A stretch of 63,436 nucleotides of DNA, filler included, from Octopus bimaculoides (GCF_001194135.2; 4 parts of 3 records of this genome joined end to end with filler, not necessarily neighbours in it); one strand, 5' to 3'; positions 27,614 to 40,070 are shown, counted from the whole stretch's first letter. The notes: a model not told the origin generated them from the letters alone. Translations and numbers: made by a program.

Positions 27614-27770
27614 ATCATCATCATCATTTAACGACCGTCTTCCATGCTGGTATGGGTTGGACGGTTTGAAAGGAGCCGGCCGGGTAGAAGACTACACCAA
27701 GCTACTGTGTCTGTTTTGGCACGGCTTTCCCGCTGGATGCCCTTCCTAACACTAACCACCCCGGAGTGGA
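27614..27770 (-). mobile_element. RTE-type LINE 3' end with (GAT)n tail
   Basis: ATCATCATCATTTAACG..CG.CTTCCATGCTGG.ATGGGTTGGACG...GCTGGATGCCCTTCCTAAC is the reverse complement of the tails at 61288 and 62536. Confidence 0.8.
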
Positions 27771-28849
27771 CTATATATATATATATCTGTTATATTGGTG
27801 CGCTACGGTGGATTATTTAAGACTTGGCTCTTATTTCTAGCAGCTAGATGCTCATTAAGCATCATTACGATATTTCATAGCTCCTTAAAGCTATCATAAC
27901 TGCGTTCCACCAATGCTACTACTGGTGATATCATCAAATTTGAATTTATCAACAGATGATATGAACAGTAGTGACATCTAACTTAAAATCTCAGTGTTTG
28001 AATATTTNNNNNNNNNNNNNNNNNNNNNNNNNNNNNNNNNNNNNNNNNNNNNNNNNNNNNNNNNNNNNNNNNNNNNNNNNNNNNNNNNNNNNNNNNNNNN
28101 NNNNNNNNNNNNNNNNNNNNNNNNNNNNNNNNNNNNNNNNNNNNNNNNNNNNNNNNNNNNNNNNNNNNNNNNNNNNNNNNNNNNNNNNNNNNNNNNNNNN
28201 NNNNNNNNNNNNNNNNNNNNNNNNNNNNNNNNNNNNNNNNNNNNNNNNNNNNNNNNNNNNNNNNNNNNNNNNNNNNNNNNNNNNNNNNNNNNNNNNNNNN
28301 NNNNNNNNNNNNNNNNNNNNNNNNNNNNNNNNNNNNNNNNNNNNNNNNNNNNNNNNNNNNNNNNNNNNNNNNNNNNNNNNNNNNNNNNNNNNNNNNNNNN
28401 NNNNNNNNNNNNNNNNNNNNNNNNNNNNNNNNNNNNNNNNNNNNNNNNNNNNNNNNNNNNNNNNNNNNNNNNNNNNNNNNNNNNNNNNNNNNNNNNNNNN
28501 NNNNNNNNNNNNNNNNNNNNNNNNNNNNNNNNNNNNNNNNNNNNNNNNNNNNNNNNNNNNNNNNNNNNNNNNNNNNNNNNNNNNNNNNNNNNNNNNNNNN
28601 NNNNNNNNNNNNNNNNNNNNNNNNNNNNNNNNNNNNNNNNNNNNNNNNNNNNNNNNNNNNNNNNNNNNNNNNNNNNNNNNNNNNNNNNNNNNNNNNNNNN
28701 NNNNNNNNNNNNNNNNNNNNNNNNNNNNNNNNNNNNNNNNNNNNNNNNNNNNNNNNNNNNNNNNNNNNNNNNNNNNNNNNNNNNNNNNNNNNNNNNNNNN
28801 NNNNNNNNNNNNNNNNNNNNNNNNNNNNNNNNNNNNNNNNNNNNNNNNN

Positions 28850-28880
<31 letters not shown>

Positions 28881-29261
28881 TATATGCATGATTGTCTTCC
28901 TGAGGAATGACGTACTTTTCACTTATGCGAATTTAAGGAATGAAATAGTGCTATTAAAATTGGACATAGAACATATTCACGATCGTATTCATGCAGTATA
29001 TTTTAGTTAGGTTGCTAAATTCACGAAATATTGAAAGGTTAACACAAAAAAAATTGTCGTTGCTCTAGATGAATTAAATTGACAGGTGCACTAGCCGATT
29101 TATATAAGCGACGTTCATTATTTTTTTTATTTCTTTCGTGCATATAAACACAGTTTCATTGCATGGACTTCATGTTCAATTGTATATTCTGTGGTGGATA
29201 TGTACGTTAGACGTACTCAAATGGTACTACTTAATTTCAAAATCCTCAACATCAAGATAGG

Positions 29262-29585
29262 TGCGTGTGTGTGTGAGAGAGAGAGGCAGAGAGAGACAGA
29301 GACAGAGAGGAAACAGAGAGATAGAGTGAAACAGAGAAGGATACAGCGCGAGAGAGACTTTGATATATACAGAGACAGATAGATAGACAGAGAAAAAGGT
29401 AGACACTTAAATTAGACGGACAGATAGATAGATAGATATATAGATAGATAGATAGATAGATAGATTTCACTCTTCTTCATTCTGCCACTTCATTTTACAC
29501 GATATTTTACTCCTTGTCATTTCGTACATAAAACAATAATACATAATTTTATTCGCGGCCATTTCTTTAGAATCTGTCGCATTGC
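29262..29585 (+). repeat. ~320 bp segment nearly identical to 31160-31465
   Basis: The GA-rich/(GATA)n block plus the unique sequence TTCACTCTTCTTCATTCTGCC...AGAATCTGTCGC is present in both copies. Confidence 0.9.
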
Positions 29586-29656
29586 TTACATTTTCCGNNN
29601 NNNNNNNCTAAATTATTTGATTTTCTTCATTGACACAACTGTCAGAGAAATATAAT

Positions 29657-29779
29657 AAGGCGGCGAGTTGGCAGAAACGTTAGCACGCCGGGCGAAACGC
29701 GGTATTTCATCTGTCTTTACGTTTTGAGTTCAAATTCCCCCATGGTCGACTTTGCCTTTCATCCTTTCGGAGTCGGGTA
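29657..29779 (+). mobile_element. SINE family C, 5' half
   Basis: AAGGCGGCGAGTTGGCAGAAACGTTAGCACGCCGGGCG...GGTCGACTTTGCCTTTCATCCTTTCGG. Confidence 0.88.
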
Positions 29780-29999
29780 CCGCATTCATCATATGGTATT
29801 AAAAAGATCATTCGTAGCATATTAAAATTAATCAATAGTTGTCGCAAGATTGATTATATTGTTTATTGATGTATCGATTGTAAAAGGACTATGAAAATGA
29901 TAGATTGATAGATAGATAGATAGATAGATAGATTTATTAGCTACACCTTGCCAAACACAGGGGACGATGCAATGTAGAATTTTTATATATATTTTCGAG

Positions 30000-30920
30000 A
30001 TCGATCAAAAGGAAGAGGAAAACCACGTTGGGGAGGACATGTAAATAGGGAAATAACTCAAAAGCCGTGGTTAACGATAAGAGTTCCCAAAAGGTTTATC
30101 CCTACGAAAAAGAACCACGGCAACCTTGGAAACGAAGAAGAAAAACATTTACATGAGAGCGCTCTTTCTCTCTTTGTTTTATAGGATCATGCTCAAGATG
30201 GTTCCGTCATTTATTCGTACCTTCCTTGCCGATTTCACTCACCGTTTGTTGATGCTTTCTTTAGACAAAACTTATCTCTCTATTCTCAAATTCCTTTTCA
30301 AGTGTTACTTGAAAATTTGATGAGAGGTCGGCTAGAGAGGAAAGTGTTTGTCTCTAAAACTTTTACACGAGTCCACCACACTCATTCTTCTCTCCCTGTA
30401 GTCAACAGTGCAATGAAAACTGCCTTGCCTTCCCTGTTAAAGGAAGGTGGGGGCAATATTCACGATAGACTCGGCCGCCAACCGAATTCATCCCACACGT
30501 GATAGCAGCCATTTGAAATAAGCCCACCTCAGCCCAACGTTTTAGTAATAGCTTCCTCTCGACCCATTGCTGAGTGTGAGTGGCCACCCTACTCTTTATA
30601 TCGCCCGAGTTCTCCATTTGTAGGTCCGTACCGAACCAAACACCGAACAATTTAACAGGTCAATCGGACCAGTGTCCCACGATGGAGACGCTGTTGGACA
30701 GCATGGGCTTGCTTCTCCAGGTGATGTCCACATTGGCACATTCGAGTAGTCCAGTCTGTACCAGTCAAACAGTTGGAAACGTCTGAACAGGTCTATGAGG
30801 TTTTGCATCCCCTTCTCTTCCTGCCTCTACCCACATAGTCTAAATGCGTGTCCAAAGTAGCGTTCCAAACCCCTCTGAAATTAAAGGTCGAGATGTTCCC
30901 AGGAAAACCTCTAGACGTTC
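30000..30920 (-). mobile_element. L1/Tx1-like LINE remnant with internal deletions (EN + RT C-terminus + ORF2 C-terminus + 3' UTR)
   Basis: Minus-strand peptides in order: WNATLDTHLDYVGR and LIDLFRRFQLFDWYRLDYSNVPMWT (APE endonuclease-like); TWRSKPM...VKLFGVWFGTDLQME...QQWVERKL (L1/Tx1 RT 'K.LGV.F...W..R.L'); WAYFKWLLSRVG, VWWTRVK and HLKRNLRIER...MIL* (ORF2 end). Several stops. Confidence 0.8.
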
Positions 30921-30944
30921 ACTGTGCACTTCACACCAATTATA

Positions 30945-31160
30945 TTCTTCTATTTTTCTTTTATTCTTTTACTTGTTTCAGTCATTTGACTGCGGACATG
31001 CTGGAGCACCGCGTTTGGTCGAGCAAATTGATCCCAGGATTTATTCTTTGTAAGCCTAATACTTATTATATCGGCTTTTTTGTCGAACCCCTAAGTTGCA
31101 GGACGTAAACACACCAGCATCGTTTGTCCAGCGATGTAAGGGGACAAACGTGGACACACA
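30945..31160 (-). mobile_element. SINE family B, 3' half
   Basis: TTTACTTGTTTCAGTCATTTGACTGCGG.CATGCTGGAGCACCG...GTAAACACACCAGCATCG. Confidence 0.88.
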
Positions 31161-31306
31161 AGAGAGAGAGGCAGAGAGAGACAGAGACAGAGAGGAAACA
31201 GAGAGATAGAGTGAAACAGAGAGGGATACAGCGCGAGAGAGACTTTGATATATACAGAGACAGATAGATAGACAGAGAAAAAGGTAGACACTTAAATTAG
31301 ACGGAC

Positions 31307-31350
<44 letters not shown>

Positions 31351-31465
31351 TTCACTCTTCTTCATTCTGCCACTTCATTTTACACGATATTTTACTCCTT
31401 GTCATTTCGTACATAAAACAATAATACATAATTTTATTCGCGGCCATTTCTTTAGAATCTGTCGC

Positions 31466-31565
31466 NNNNNNNNNNNNNNNNNNNNNNNNNNNNNNNNNNN
31501 NNNNNNNNNTTAATTAATTAANNNNNNNNNNNNNNNNNNNNNNNNNNNNNNNNNNNNNNNNNNNN
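31466..31565. other. Artificial scaffolding linker (44 N + TTAATTAATTAA + 44 N)
   Basis: Exactly 100 bp, with an identical layout at 47055-47154 and 61187-61286. TTAATTAATTAA is a palindrome that gives stop codons in all six frames. Confidence 0.95.
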
Positions 31566-31622
31566 ACGGGGACGTAAACACACCAGCATTGGTTGTCAAG
31601 CGATGTTGGATAGACAAACACA

Positions 31623-31693
<71 letters not shown>

Positions 31694-31730
31694 GTATATA
31701 TATATACATATATACGACGGGCTTCTTTCA
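31566..31730 (-). mobile_element. SINE family B, middle part
   Basis: ACGGGGACGTAAACACACCAGCATTGGTTGTCAAGCGATG...(AC)n...ATACGACGGGCTTCTTTCAG. Confidence 0.88.
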
Positions 31731-31869
31731 GAGTAAATGTTTTATTCTTTAAAACGTCGGAATGTATCTTCAGATCGGTTTTGATAGTGTGAAATGTTAT
31801 GTTTTGTGCCTACTTAATATTACTGGAAGGACAAACTTATGTGCGGAGAGTACACTAGAGATAAAACAA

Positions 31870-32505
31870 GCATTGATTTGGAAAAGAGTTGGGTGTGGAT
31901 TAGAAATGGCGATCTAAATGGCTGCACTGAAGCTCTTACTTTTGTCATGTTGACAAAATGAACCACAGTTATGTAGAATATATGGAACAAAGTGGGAAAC
32001 GGCCATCCATTTTGTAAACGATTCTACTAACGACGTGATAAAGTTGCCAGATATATTTGTTGGATGATATCTGAGAAGTGTGGATTTGCTAGAGCAGCTA
32101 AATGTTATTAGTAGAATATAGAATTGGTGCCAGTTTAAGCTTCTGTGAAGAAGTGACAAGTTTAAGCATTTGTGGGACTTTACCATTGAAAGTGACAGAA
32201 TGATTGAAGCAAATACGACAAACATCGTAGTTGTCAAAAATAAATAAAAAGGGACTCAAGTTATAAAAAATTCTATCCTAAGGGATCGTGAAGTGAAAGA
32301 TAAATAACATGAAACCATGGAGTAATATGCTCCACTGAGTGAAGCGGTAGGGATTCTGTGTTGGGCTCTTAGTGATTCAAGTGGTGGCCGGTGCATTGTG
32401 GTGCATATCGTGAAATTTTCGAGGACGATGTAAATAAAATCGCAGTTGCTGCAAGATTGTAGGCCAGCGCTTCTTGGAACAGCAAGGATTTCAAGTCGTT
32501 TCTAT
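31870..32505 (+). mobile_element. Decayed RLE-type (R4/Dong-like) non-LTR retrotransposon, 3' coding region
   Basis: Broken frames read EKSWVWIRNGDLNGCTEAL, CRICGTKWETAIHFV, VARYICW, HLWDFTIESDRMIEANTTNIVVV and VVAGAL. This follows the RLE zinc knuckle - LWDF.I.TD...RPD - GALG order. Confidence 0.72.
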
Positions 32506-32577
32506 CTATGTAAGTACTTGATATTGACTAGTTACCGCACTGCTTAATAGATGTCTGAGGTTTAGAAAAAATGAAAC

Positions 32578-32606
32578 ATACTACTACTACTACTACTACT
32601 ACTACA

Positions 32607-32658
<52 letters not shown>

Positions 32659-32992
32659 ACAACAACAACAACAACAACAACAGCAAGAAGAAGAAGAAGA
32701 AGAAGAAGAAGAAGATGGTGATGGTGATGGTGATGGTGATGGTGATGGTGATGGTGATGGTGAAGAAGATGATGATGGTGAGGAAGAAGAAGGTGATGAT
32801 GATGAAGAGGAAGAAGAAGAAGAAGGTGGTGAAGAGGAAGAAGAAGGTGATGGTGATGAAGAGGAAGAAGAAGGTGGTGATGATGAAGAGGAAGAAGAAG
32901 GTGGTGATGATGATGGTGATGAAGAGGAAGAAGAAGAAGAAGGTGATGATGATGATGGTGATGAAGAGGAGGAAGAAGAAGAAGGTGATGAT
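32578..32992. repeat. Compound trinucleotide array (CTA)n-(AAC)n-(AAG)n-(GATGGT)n grading into higher-order GAA/GAT/GGT units
   Basis: Seen directly; it ends at a 100-N gap. Confidence 0.95.
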
Positions 32993-34256
32993 NNNNNNNN
33001 NNNNNNNNNNNNNNNNNNNNNNNNNNNNNNNNNNNNNNNNNNNNNNNNNNNNNNNNNNNNNNNNNNNNNNNNNNNNNNNNNNNNNNNNNNNNTATATATG
33101 TGTGTGTGTGTGTGTGCGTGTGCGTATGCATCTATATAGACATATACACATATACATATGTGTGCGCGTGTGCGTGCGTGTTTCATATATATATATTTCT
33201 TATCAGGAGAAAATGCACTTGACATAAAATAATGTTAATTTCTATGAGTGGTTATTTACACAATAGTAATAGAATATATTATCAGAAAACTAGAACTTAA
33301 CTAAACAGGGAGTATATATACATATATATATATACACGTACACAAGAGCAAATAAAATAAAATGGCAAGAAACATTAACTTAAAATGAAAAAGCGATGCA
33401 CTACAGAAAGAAAGAAATTCTCTGCTTTCCAGATGGAACGTAATCTATCAAATAATTCAATTTTAAAATGAAAATATTTGAAATTATAATGAAATACGGC
33501 ATCATTCAGCGGAATCAATCGACTGGAACTATTGCTTTATATTGCTGCATCATTTTCGTTGATAAACTAAGAATAGCTTGCTTTATCTTGCGCAGACGTA
33601 AGTGATGAAATGTGTATCGAAGACTTCCATTTAAGTATTTCAATCATATTGTTTAATTTATCGCTTCACTTCATCAATCTCTGTCTACCTTACGTATATA
33701 CATATATATATACACACACACACACACGCACAAACACACACACACACGCACACACGCACATATACATATATATANNNNNNNNNNNNNNNNNNNNNNNNNN
33801 NNNNNNNNNNNNNNNNNNNNNNNNNNNNNNNNNNNNNNNNNNNNNNNNNNNNNNNNNNNNNNNNNNNNNNNNNNNNNNNNNNNNNNNNNNNNNNNNNNNN
33901 NNNNNNNNNNNNNNNNNNNNNNNNNNNNNNNNNNNNNNNNNNNNNNNNNNNNNNNNNNNNNNNNNNNNNNNNNNNNNNNNNNNNNNNNNNNNNNNNNNNN
34001 NNNNNNNNNNNNNNNNATATATATTTATATATATATATATATATATATATGCATATATATATATATATGCATATATATATATGCACACATGCATAAATGC
34101 CTACACGCACACACACATATATATATATGTATATACATTTATACATACACAGATATGTGTGTATATATACATATCTGCATGCATACATATGCATATATAT
34201 ACTTATATGCCTGTGTATATAAATGTGTGTATATTCGTATGCTTTATACATATATA

Positions 34257-34520
34257 TGGAAACTGAAAGAAGCCTGTCGTATATATGTATATATATATGT
34301 ATGTGTGTTTGTGTGTCTGTGTTTGTCCCCGCACCATCGCTTGACAACCGATGCTGGTGTGTTGACGTCCCCGTAATTTAGCGGCTCGGCAAAAAGAGTC
34401 CGATAGAGTAAGTACTAGGCTTACAAAGAATAAGTCCTGGGGTCGATTTGCTCGACTAAAGGCGGTGCTCAAGCATGGCCGCAGTCAAATGACTGAAACA
34501 AGTAAAAGAGTAAAAGAGTA
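34257..34520 (+). mobile_element. SINE family B, 3' half with tail
   Basis: GGAAACTGAAAGAAGCCTGTCG...GTCAAATGACTGAAACAAGTAAAAGAGTAAAAGAGTA. Confidence 0.92.
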
Positions 34521-34978
34521 TGTATATATATATAATCTTTTACCGTATAGAGGCTATAGAAAATAGCGTAATATTAGGGCATGTAAGCAATCATAAAGCT
34601 GAAGAGTCGAACAGACATCACGTATTTTCTGTTTTCTGTTATGGACTTTATATGACGTAATATTATAGTTAATGTAGATGTGGAAACGTTAAAAAAGCAT
34701 CTGGAAAAATGTCAATTTGAAATCCCAGATTTGCCCATATAACGGCAGGGGGTATCAAGAAGAGTAGTTTCGTCGAAATTGCTTCTTCACCAAAAACAGT
34801 ACCAGAGAGAGATCACAAGACACTGAAAGGAGTTGCTCCACCATGGCCTCAGCCTATGGCTAAAATCAGAAACAAAAAAGAATAAAAGAATACTGTGAAA
34901 GATCATAATTCCATGTGGAAAACTCTATAGTTATTTCTACTTACAAAATTTACGGTCACCACCAGAAATCGCACATGT

Positions 34979-35038
<60 letters not shown>

Positions 35039-35900
35039 ACGGAGTACTCCTACACACACAGACACACACACACACACACACAGAGAGACAAACACACACT
35101 GGCACACGCACTCGCGCACACACACACGCACACACACACACACGCACACACACGCATACATATACAATTAAATATAAATATGTAATTGGTAGCTGCACAG
35201 AAATACATCATAGATGTAATAGAATTTGTTTCATATATTGTTAGCCTTATTAAAAATAACAATAATAAAGTGGCCTGGAAGTTTAACCTAAATCGGTAAA
35301 ATATACATATAAATTAGGGTACCGATATACCAGCGCGCTAGTAATAAGATCAACTTTCCAAAAGCCTTAAATTTCTCATTATTGAGAAACGCGCACACCG
35401 AATACAACGAAAATAATAAAAATGGGTCTCGCCTGTGCATAAACCAAAAAGCACTTGATTTCACCTTATGCGCGTTCGCACGTCATCCAAAATTACTGTT
35501 TTCATCTATTTTTCACAATATTAATTTCAATACATACACCGGGCACGTTTGCTCGCTTAAGTGTCCCCAAGGCACCATATAAATCAATATAACATGTCTT
35601 AGTGAAATCTAAAATTTAATAAAGCGTTATTATCATAATTTAAAAAAAAAAACAATAATAAAGACGTTTAACCTAATTAGATGAAATATACAAATAAATA
35701 CAGCTTTTTAGAAATAGGAATCAACCTTCCAAAAACATTCAACTATATGGGAACAACATTCATTTTATTTAAACCCCTTTACGAGGTCAAAGGGGATGAT
35801 GCATTCTGTAAGATCCCCTCACTCCTTTTAGTATTACTATCACCCCTTCCTTCCTCATACTTCACCATCAGCTTCTTTTATATGTATATATGTGTGTGTA

Positions 35901-36242
35901 GTGGAGGCGTTATGGCCCAGTGGTTAGGGCAGCGGACTCGCGGTCATAGGATCGCGGTTTCAATTCCCAGAACGGGCGTTGTGAGTGTTTATTGAGCGAA
36001 AACACTAAAATTTCCACGACGCTCCGGCAGGGGATGGTGGCGAACCCTGCTGTACTCTTTCACCACAACTTTCTCTCACTCTTACTTCCTGTTTCTGCTG
36101 TGCCTGCATTTCAAAGGGTCAGCCTTGTCACACTGTGTCACGTTGATTATCCCCGAGAACTACGTTAAGGGTACACGTGTCTGTGGAGTGCTCAGCCACT
36201 TGCACGTTAATTTCACGAGCAGGCTGTTTCGTTGATCGGATC
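35901..36242 (+). mobile_element. SINE, head A + tail 1, running into a gap
   Basis: GGAGGCGTTATGGCCCAGTGGTTAGGGCAGCGGACTCGCGG...TTAATTTCACGAGCAGGCTG. Confidence 0.92.
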
Positions 36243-36433
36243 NNNNNNNNNNNNNNNNNNNNNNNNNNNNNNNNNNNNNNNNNNNNNNNNNNNNNNNNNN
36301 NNNNNNNNNNNNNNNNNNNNNNNNNNNNNNNNNNNNNNNNNNNNNNNNNNNNNNNNNNNNNNNNNNNNNNNNNNNNNNNNNNNNNNNNNNNNNNNNNNNN
36401 NNNNNNNNNNNNNNNNNNNNNNNNNNNNNNNNN

Positions 36434-36482
<49 letters not shown>

Positions 36483-36484
<2 letters not shown>

Positions 36485-36792
36485 CGTGGCTTAGTGGTCA
36501 GGGTATTCGGCTTACGATCGTCGTGAGTTCAGTTCCCGGCGACGCGTTGTGTCCTTGAGCAAGACACTTTATTTCACGTTGCTCCAATCAACTCAGCTGG
36601 CAACAATGAGTAGTACCTGAATTTCCATGGGTCAGCCTTGTCACACTCTGTCACGCTCAATTTCCTTGAGGACTACATGACGGGTACACGTGTCTGCGGA
36701 GTCCTCAACTACTTGCATGTTAATTTCACGAGCAAGCTGTTCCGTAGGTCGTATCAGCTGGGACCCTCATCGTCGTAACCGACGGAGTGCTC

Positions 36793-36793
<1 letters not shown>
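36483..36793 (+). mobile_element. SINE, head D + tail 1
   Basis: TGGCTTAGTGGTCAGGGTATTCGGCT...TTGTGTCCTTGAGCAAGACACTTTATTTCACGTTGCTCC (CORE-like), joined at GTACCTG to tail 1, ending GTAACCGACGGAGTGC. Confidence 0.9.
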
Positions 36794-36839
<46 letters not shown>

Positions 36840-37177
36840 GATGTAATGGAATTTGTTCCATACTTTATTTTGAATATTGTATTAGAAAAACAACTTTGTT
36901 TTCCCTGTCTGCCAAGCGTTATCATAACAAAAACACATGTAACATCCTTTATTAACATTTATAGTATTTTAATGTAAAACATTAAGTGAACAAGCATGGT
37001 CCACTATACACTGGTTATTTTAAAATGAGTTGGGATTTCCACATTAAGAATACACTCATTTTCAATGTTTGACTTTTATTAAGTTCCTACATCTTCATTT
37101 GCCTATATATGACGAAAATCAGTTACTTCGTGATGGATACAATTTCAGTAAGAACAAGTGTTGCACCATTTTAATAC

Positions 37178-37363
37178 CTTTAATATTCGCTTGTAGTCAG
37201 ACATCTTCCAGTTGGTCAATCTCTATAAGATTTGGGATAATGTGGTGCGGTAAAACGGCCCGTTCTTTATGGTTTACTGTAGCAGATCAGTTTTCTCTTA
37301 TAATTACTTCCTCCCGGCTGAATTTGAAGAAGAATGGCGGGGACTGGTCTGCTGTGACGCTGT
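37178..37363 (-). other. Candidate exon (186 nt), mostly untranslated, ending in ATG...MSDYKRILK at phase 0
   Basis: Acceptor GTGTTTTTCTAAATGCTCTACGTATTGCAG| and donor AAG|GTATT. ATG at 37204-37202, with an in-frame TAG upstream. No homology recognised. Confidence 0.3.
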
Positions 37364-38464
37364 CTGCAATACGTAGAGCATTTAGAAAAACACAGTCAGG
37401 AGATTCACTTACAAACAGAGGGTGAAATAGCTGAGACCGACCGATAGAGTTAGAGAGAGCGTGAGAGAGAGAGAGAAGGAGAATGAAAGAGAGAGGGTGG
37501 AGGGAGGGGGAGAGGGTGCAGGGAGAGGGAGAGGGAGAGAGATGGGGAGGGAGGGAAAGAGATGGTGACAGAGAGAGAGAGAGAGAGGGAAAGAATGAGC
37601 AAGAGTGAGTGAGTGAGTGAGAGAGTGAGAGAGTGAGNNNNNNNNNNNNNNNNNNNNNNNNNNNNNNNNNNNNNNNNNNNNNNNNNNNNNNNNNNNNNNN
37701 NNNNNNNNNNNNNNNNNNNNNNNNNNNNNNNNNNNNNNNNNNNNNNNNNNNNNNNNNNNNNNNNNNNNNNNNNNNNNNNNNNNNNNNNNNNNNNNNNNNN
37801 NNNNNNNNNNNNNNNNNNNNNNNNNNNNNNNNNNNNNNNNNNNNNNNNNNNNNNNNNNNNNNNNNNNNNNNNNNNNNNNNNNNNNNNNNNNNNNNNNNNN
37901 NNNNNNNNNNNNNNNNNNNNNNNNNNNNNNNNNNNNNNNNNNNNNNNNNNNNNNNNNNNNNNNNNNNNNNNNNNNNNNNNNNNNNNNNNNNNNNNNNNNN
38001 NNNNNNNNNNNNNNNNNNNNNNNNNNNNNNNNNNNNNNNNNNNNNNNNNNNNNNNNNNNNNNNNNNNNNNNNNNNNNNNNNNNNNNNNNNNNNNNNNNNN
38101 NNNNNNNNNNNNNNNNNNNNNNNNNNNNNNNNNNNNNNNNNNNNNNNNNNNNNNNNNNNNNNNNNNNNNNNNNNNNNNNNNNNNNNNNNNNNNNNNNNNN
38201 NNNNNNNNNNNNNNNNNNNNNNNNNNNNNNNNNNNNNNNNNNNNNNNNNNNNNNNNNNNNNNNNNNNNNNNNNNNNNNNNNNNNNNNNNNNNNNNNNNNN
38301 NNNNNNNNNNNNNNNNNNNNNNNNNNNNNNNNNNNNNNNNNNNNATATATATATATATATATATATAGATAGATAGATAGATATGCATTAATGTATGCTT
38401 GCTTGTATGTGCGGACACACATATACATACATGTATACGTATATACATACACACATACACACAA

Positions 38465-38810
38465 TCAACGGCATTATTTCTAACTGCGAGGGAGTGTCTT
38501 CCAGAAATTATCATCCCATGAGGCGTCATACGATTGCCAGAATCATGTTGAGCATATTGGAACCGATGGGACGAAAGTATAGTTGTGGACCTTGTAAAGT
38601 AAAACATCCACTAAACATCCGGCTAATATCGTTGTGTGAGACGAAAAAGAAACGGTATGCTCTGTAATGGAAATCAGCTGTCACCGTGATACGAACGCAG
38701 CTTGAAAAATACAAGAGAAAGAATGAGTTTGCTAATCCAGTATCAAAGATATACTTTCAGCTTCATACCTATTATTAATGAAGCTCCAGGTTATATACCA
38801 ACCCGTCGCT
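38465..38810 (+). mobile_element. Decayed RLE-type (R4/Dong-like) fragment
   Basis: RHTIARIML, KHP.NIVV..EKETVCSVMEISCHRDTN, KIQEKE and FIPIII resemble the RLE region (RPDIVV...C.IIE...P.D.N...KE.EK...P..IGALG). Confidence 0.55.
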
Positions 38811-38935
38811 AGACCAACTGGTTATCAAATAAAGCTCAATATACTTCTAGCCATCTCTCATCGTGTCTTTTTAACCAAATCTAGTAGTTAGCCATTTCCA
38901 CTCTAGTTTGGATATCGGTCATGGTAGTATTTAAG

Positions 38936-39330
38936 TTACGATGAGTTTGGCCTAACAACAACAGTCGTCTCACATCGTGCAACAAGCCCTCTATATCCGA
39001 TTTCAATTGGAAAATGCTCCGTTTTCCAGTCTATGTGTTCGAGGTGGTTTACACAACAGTCAATGTTTCGAGCTCGAGCAGCGCCCATGTTATCTTCACG
39101 AGGAACCACTATCGCCACTAGTTTCAGCACTTTCTTTCTTTCACACCACATTAAAATGTTGTTTCTGTTTTTGTAATTGGGATGGAAAAGAGTCCCTGGC
39201 ACCCTGGTAAATCTAAAGTCCCCTCCCAATAACCGTTGCGTTTCACATCGCTCACAGGAATTTTGTTGTTGTTCTTCTTGAAACGGATCCACTGTCCCGA
39301 GCGCAGGAAGGTAATGAAATTTCTAGTTGG
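38936..39330 (-). mobile_element. Decayed RLE-type (HERO/NeSL-like) fragment
   Basis: ORF 38936..39292 reads NILMWCERKKVLKLVAIVVPREDNMGAARARNI...DWKTEHFPIEIGYRGLVA. This matches PDIV.WS...K.V.L.ELTVPWE.N...A..RK...GW.....P.EVG.RG.V. Confidence 0.72.
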
Positions 39331-39779
39331 TACTTTCAACGTTTCTTTTCGAGTTAAACAACTGGCTCATGCATACAGTGAAGAATTACCATCCGAGAGG
39401 AAGCTAACTGTAACAGCTTCCTCAACTTTACATCTATTAATAAAGTTAGTCATTTATTAGGGAATCCTAGACGGACTTATGCGTTTGACAAAGTGGGTCT
39501 TTGTTCATTCTTGTTATATGATAGATATCATATGATAGCCATTATAGATATGCTATGGGCGTTTATAATGTATTGGGATTTCATTAATCCGAAGACGTCA
39601 TTTATCTAGCTGAATTATGACTACAGATTTTTATTTCTGAGTCCTTTTTTGTTATTTTATGTTTATTATTTTTGGAAATGCTTATCAAGATTTATTTCTT
39701 TTTAAGACAATATATTGTACTACGTTGAGAGATATATAGCTGTCATTTATAGGAATTTAAATTGCTTAACATAAGATGG

Positions 39780-40070
39780 AGCACTCCGTCGGTTACGACG
39801 ACAAGAGTCCCATTTGATACGATCGACAGTACAGCTTGCTTGTGAAATTAACTTGCAAGTGGCTGAGCACTCCACAAACAAGTGCACCCTTAAGCCTATT
39901 CACATGCAAATTCAGTGCGGCACAGAGTGTGACAAGGCTGGCCCTTCGAAATACAAGTACTACTCATTTTCGCCAGCTGAGTGGACTGGAGCAGCGTGTT
40001 TTGTCTCGCCAGAATCGAACGCACGACCTTACGTTCCTGAGCCGAATGCCCGGACCATTAAGCGACGCAC
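39780..40070 (-). mobile_element. SINE, head D + tail 1, with part of the CORE-like segment deleted
   Basis: The minus strand reads GGGCATTCGGCTCAGGAACGTAAGGTCG...GCTCCAGTCCACTCAGCTGGCGAAAATGAGTAGTACTTGTATTTCGAAGGGCCAGCC..., ending GTAACCGACGGAGTGC. Confidence 0.88.
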
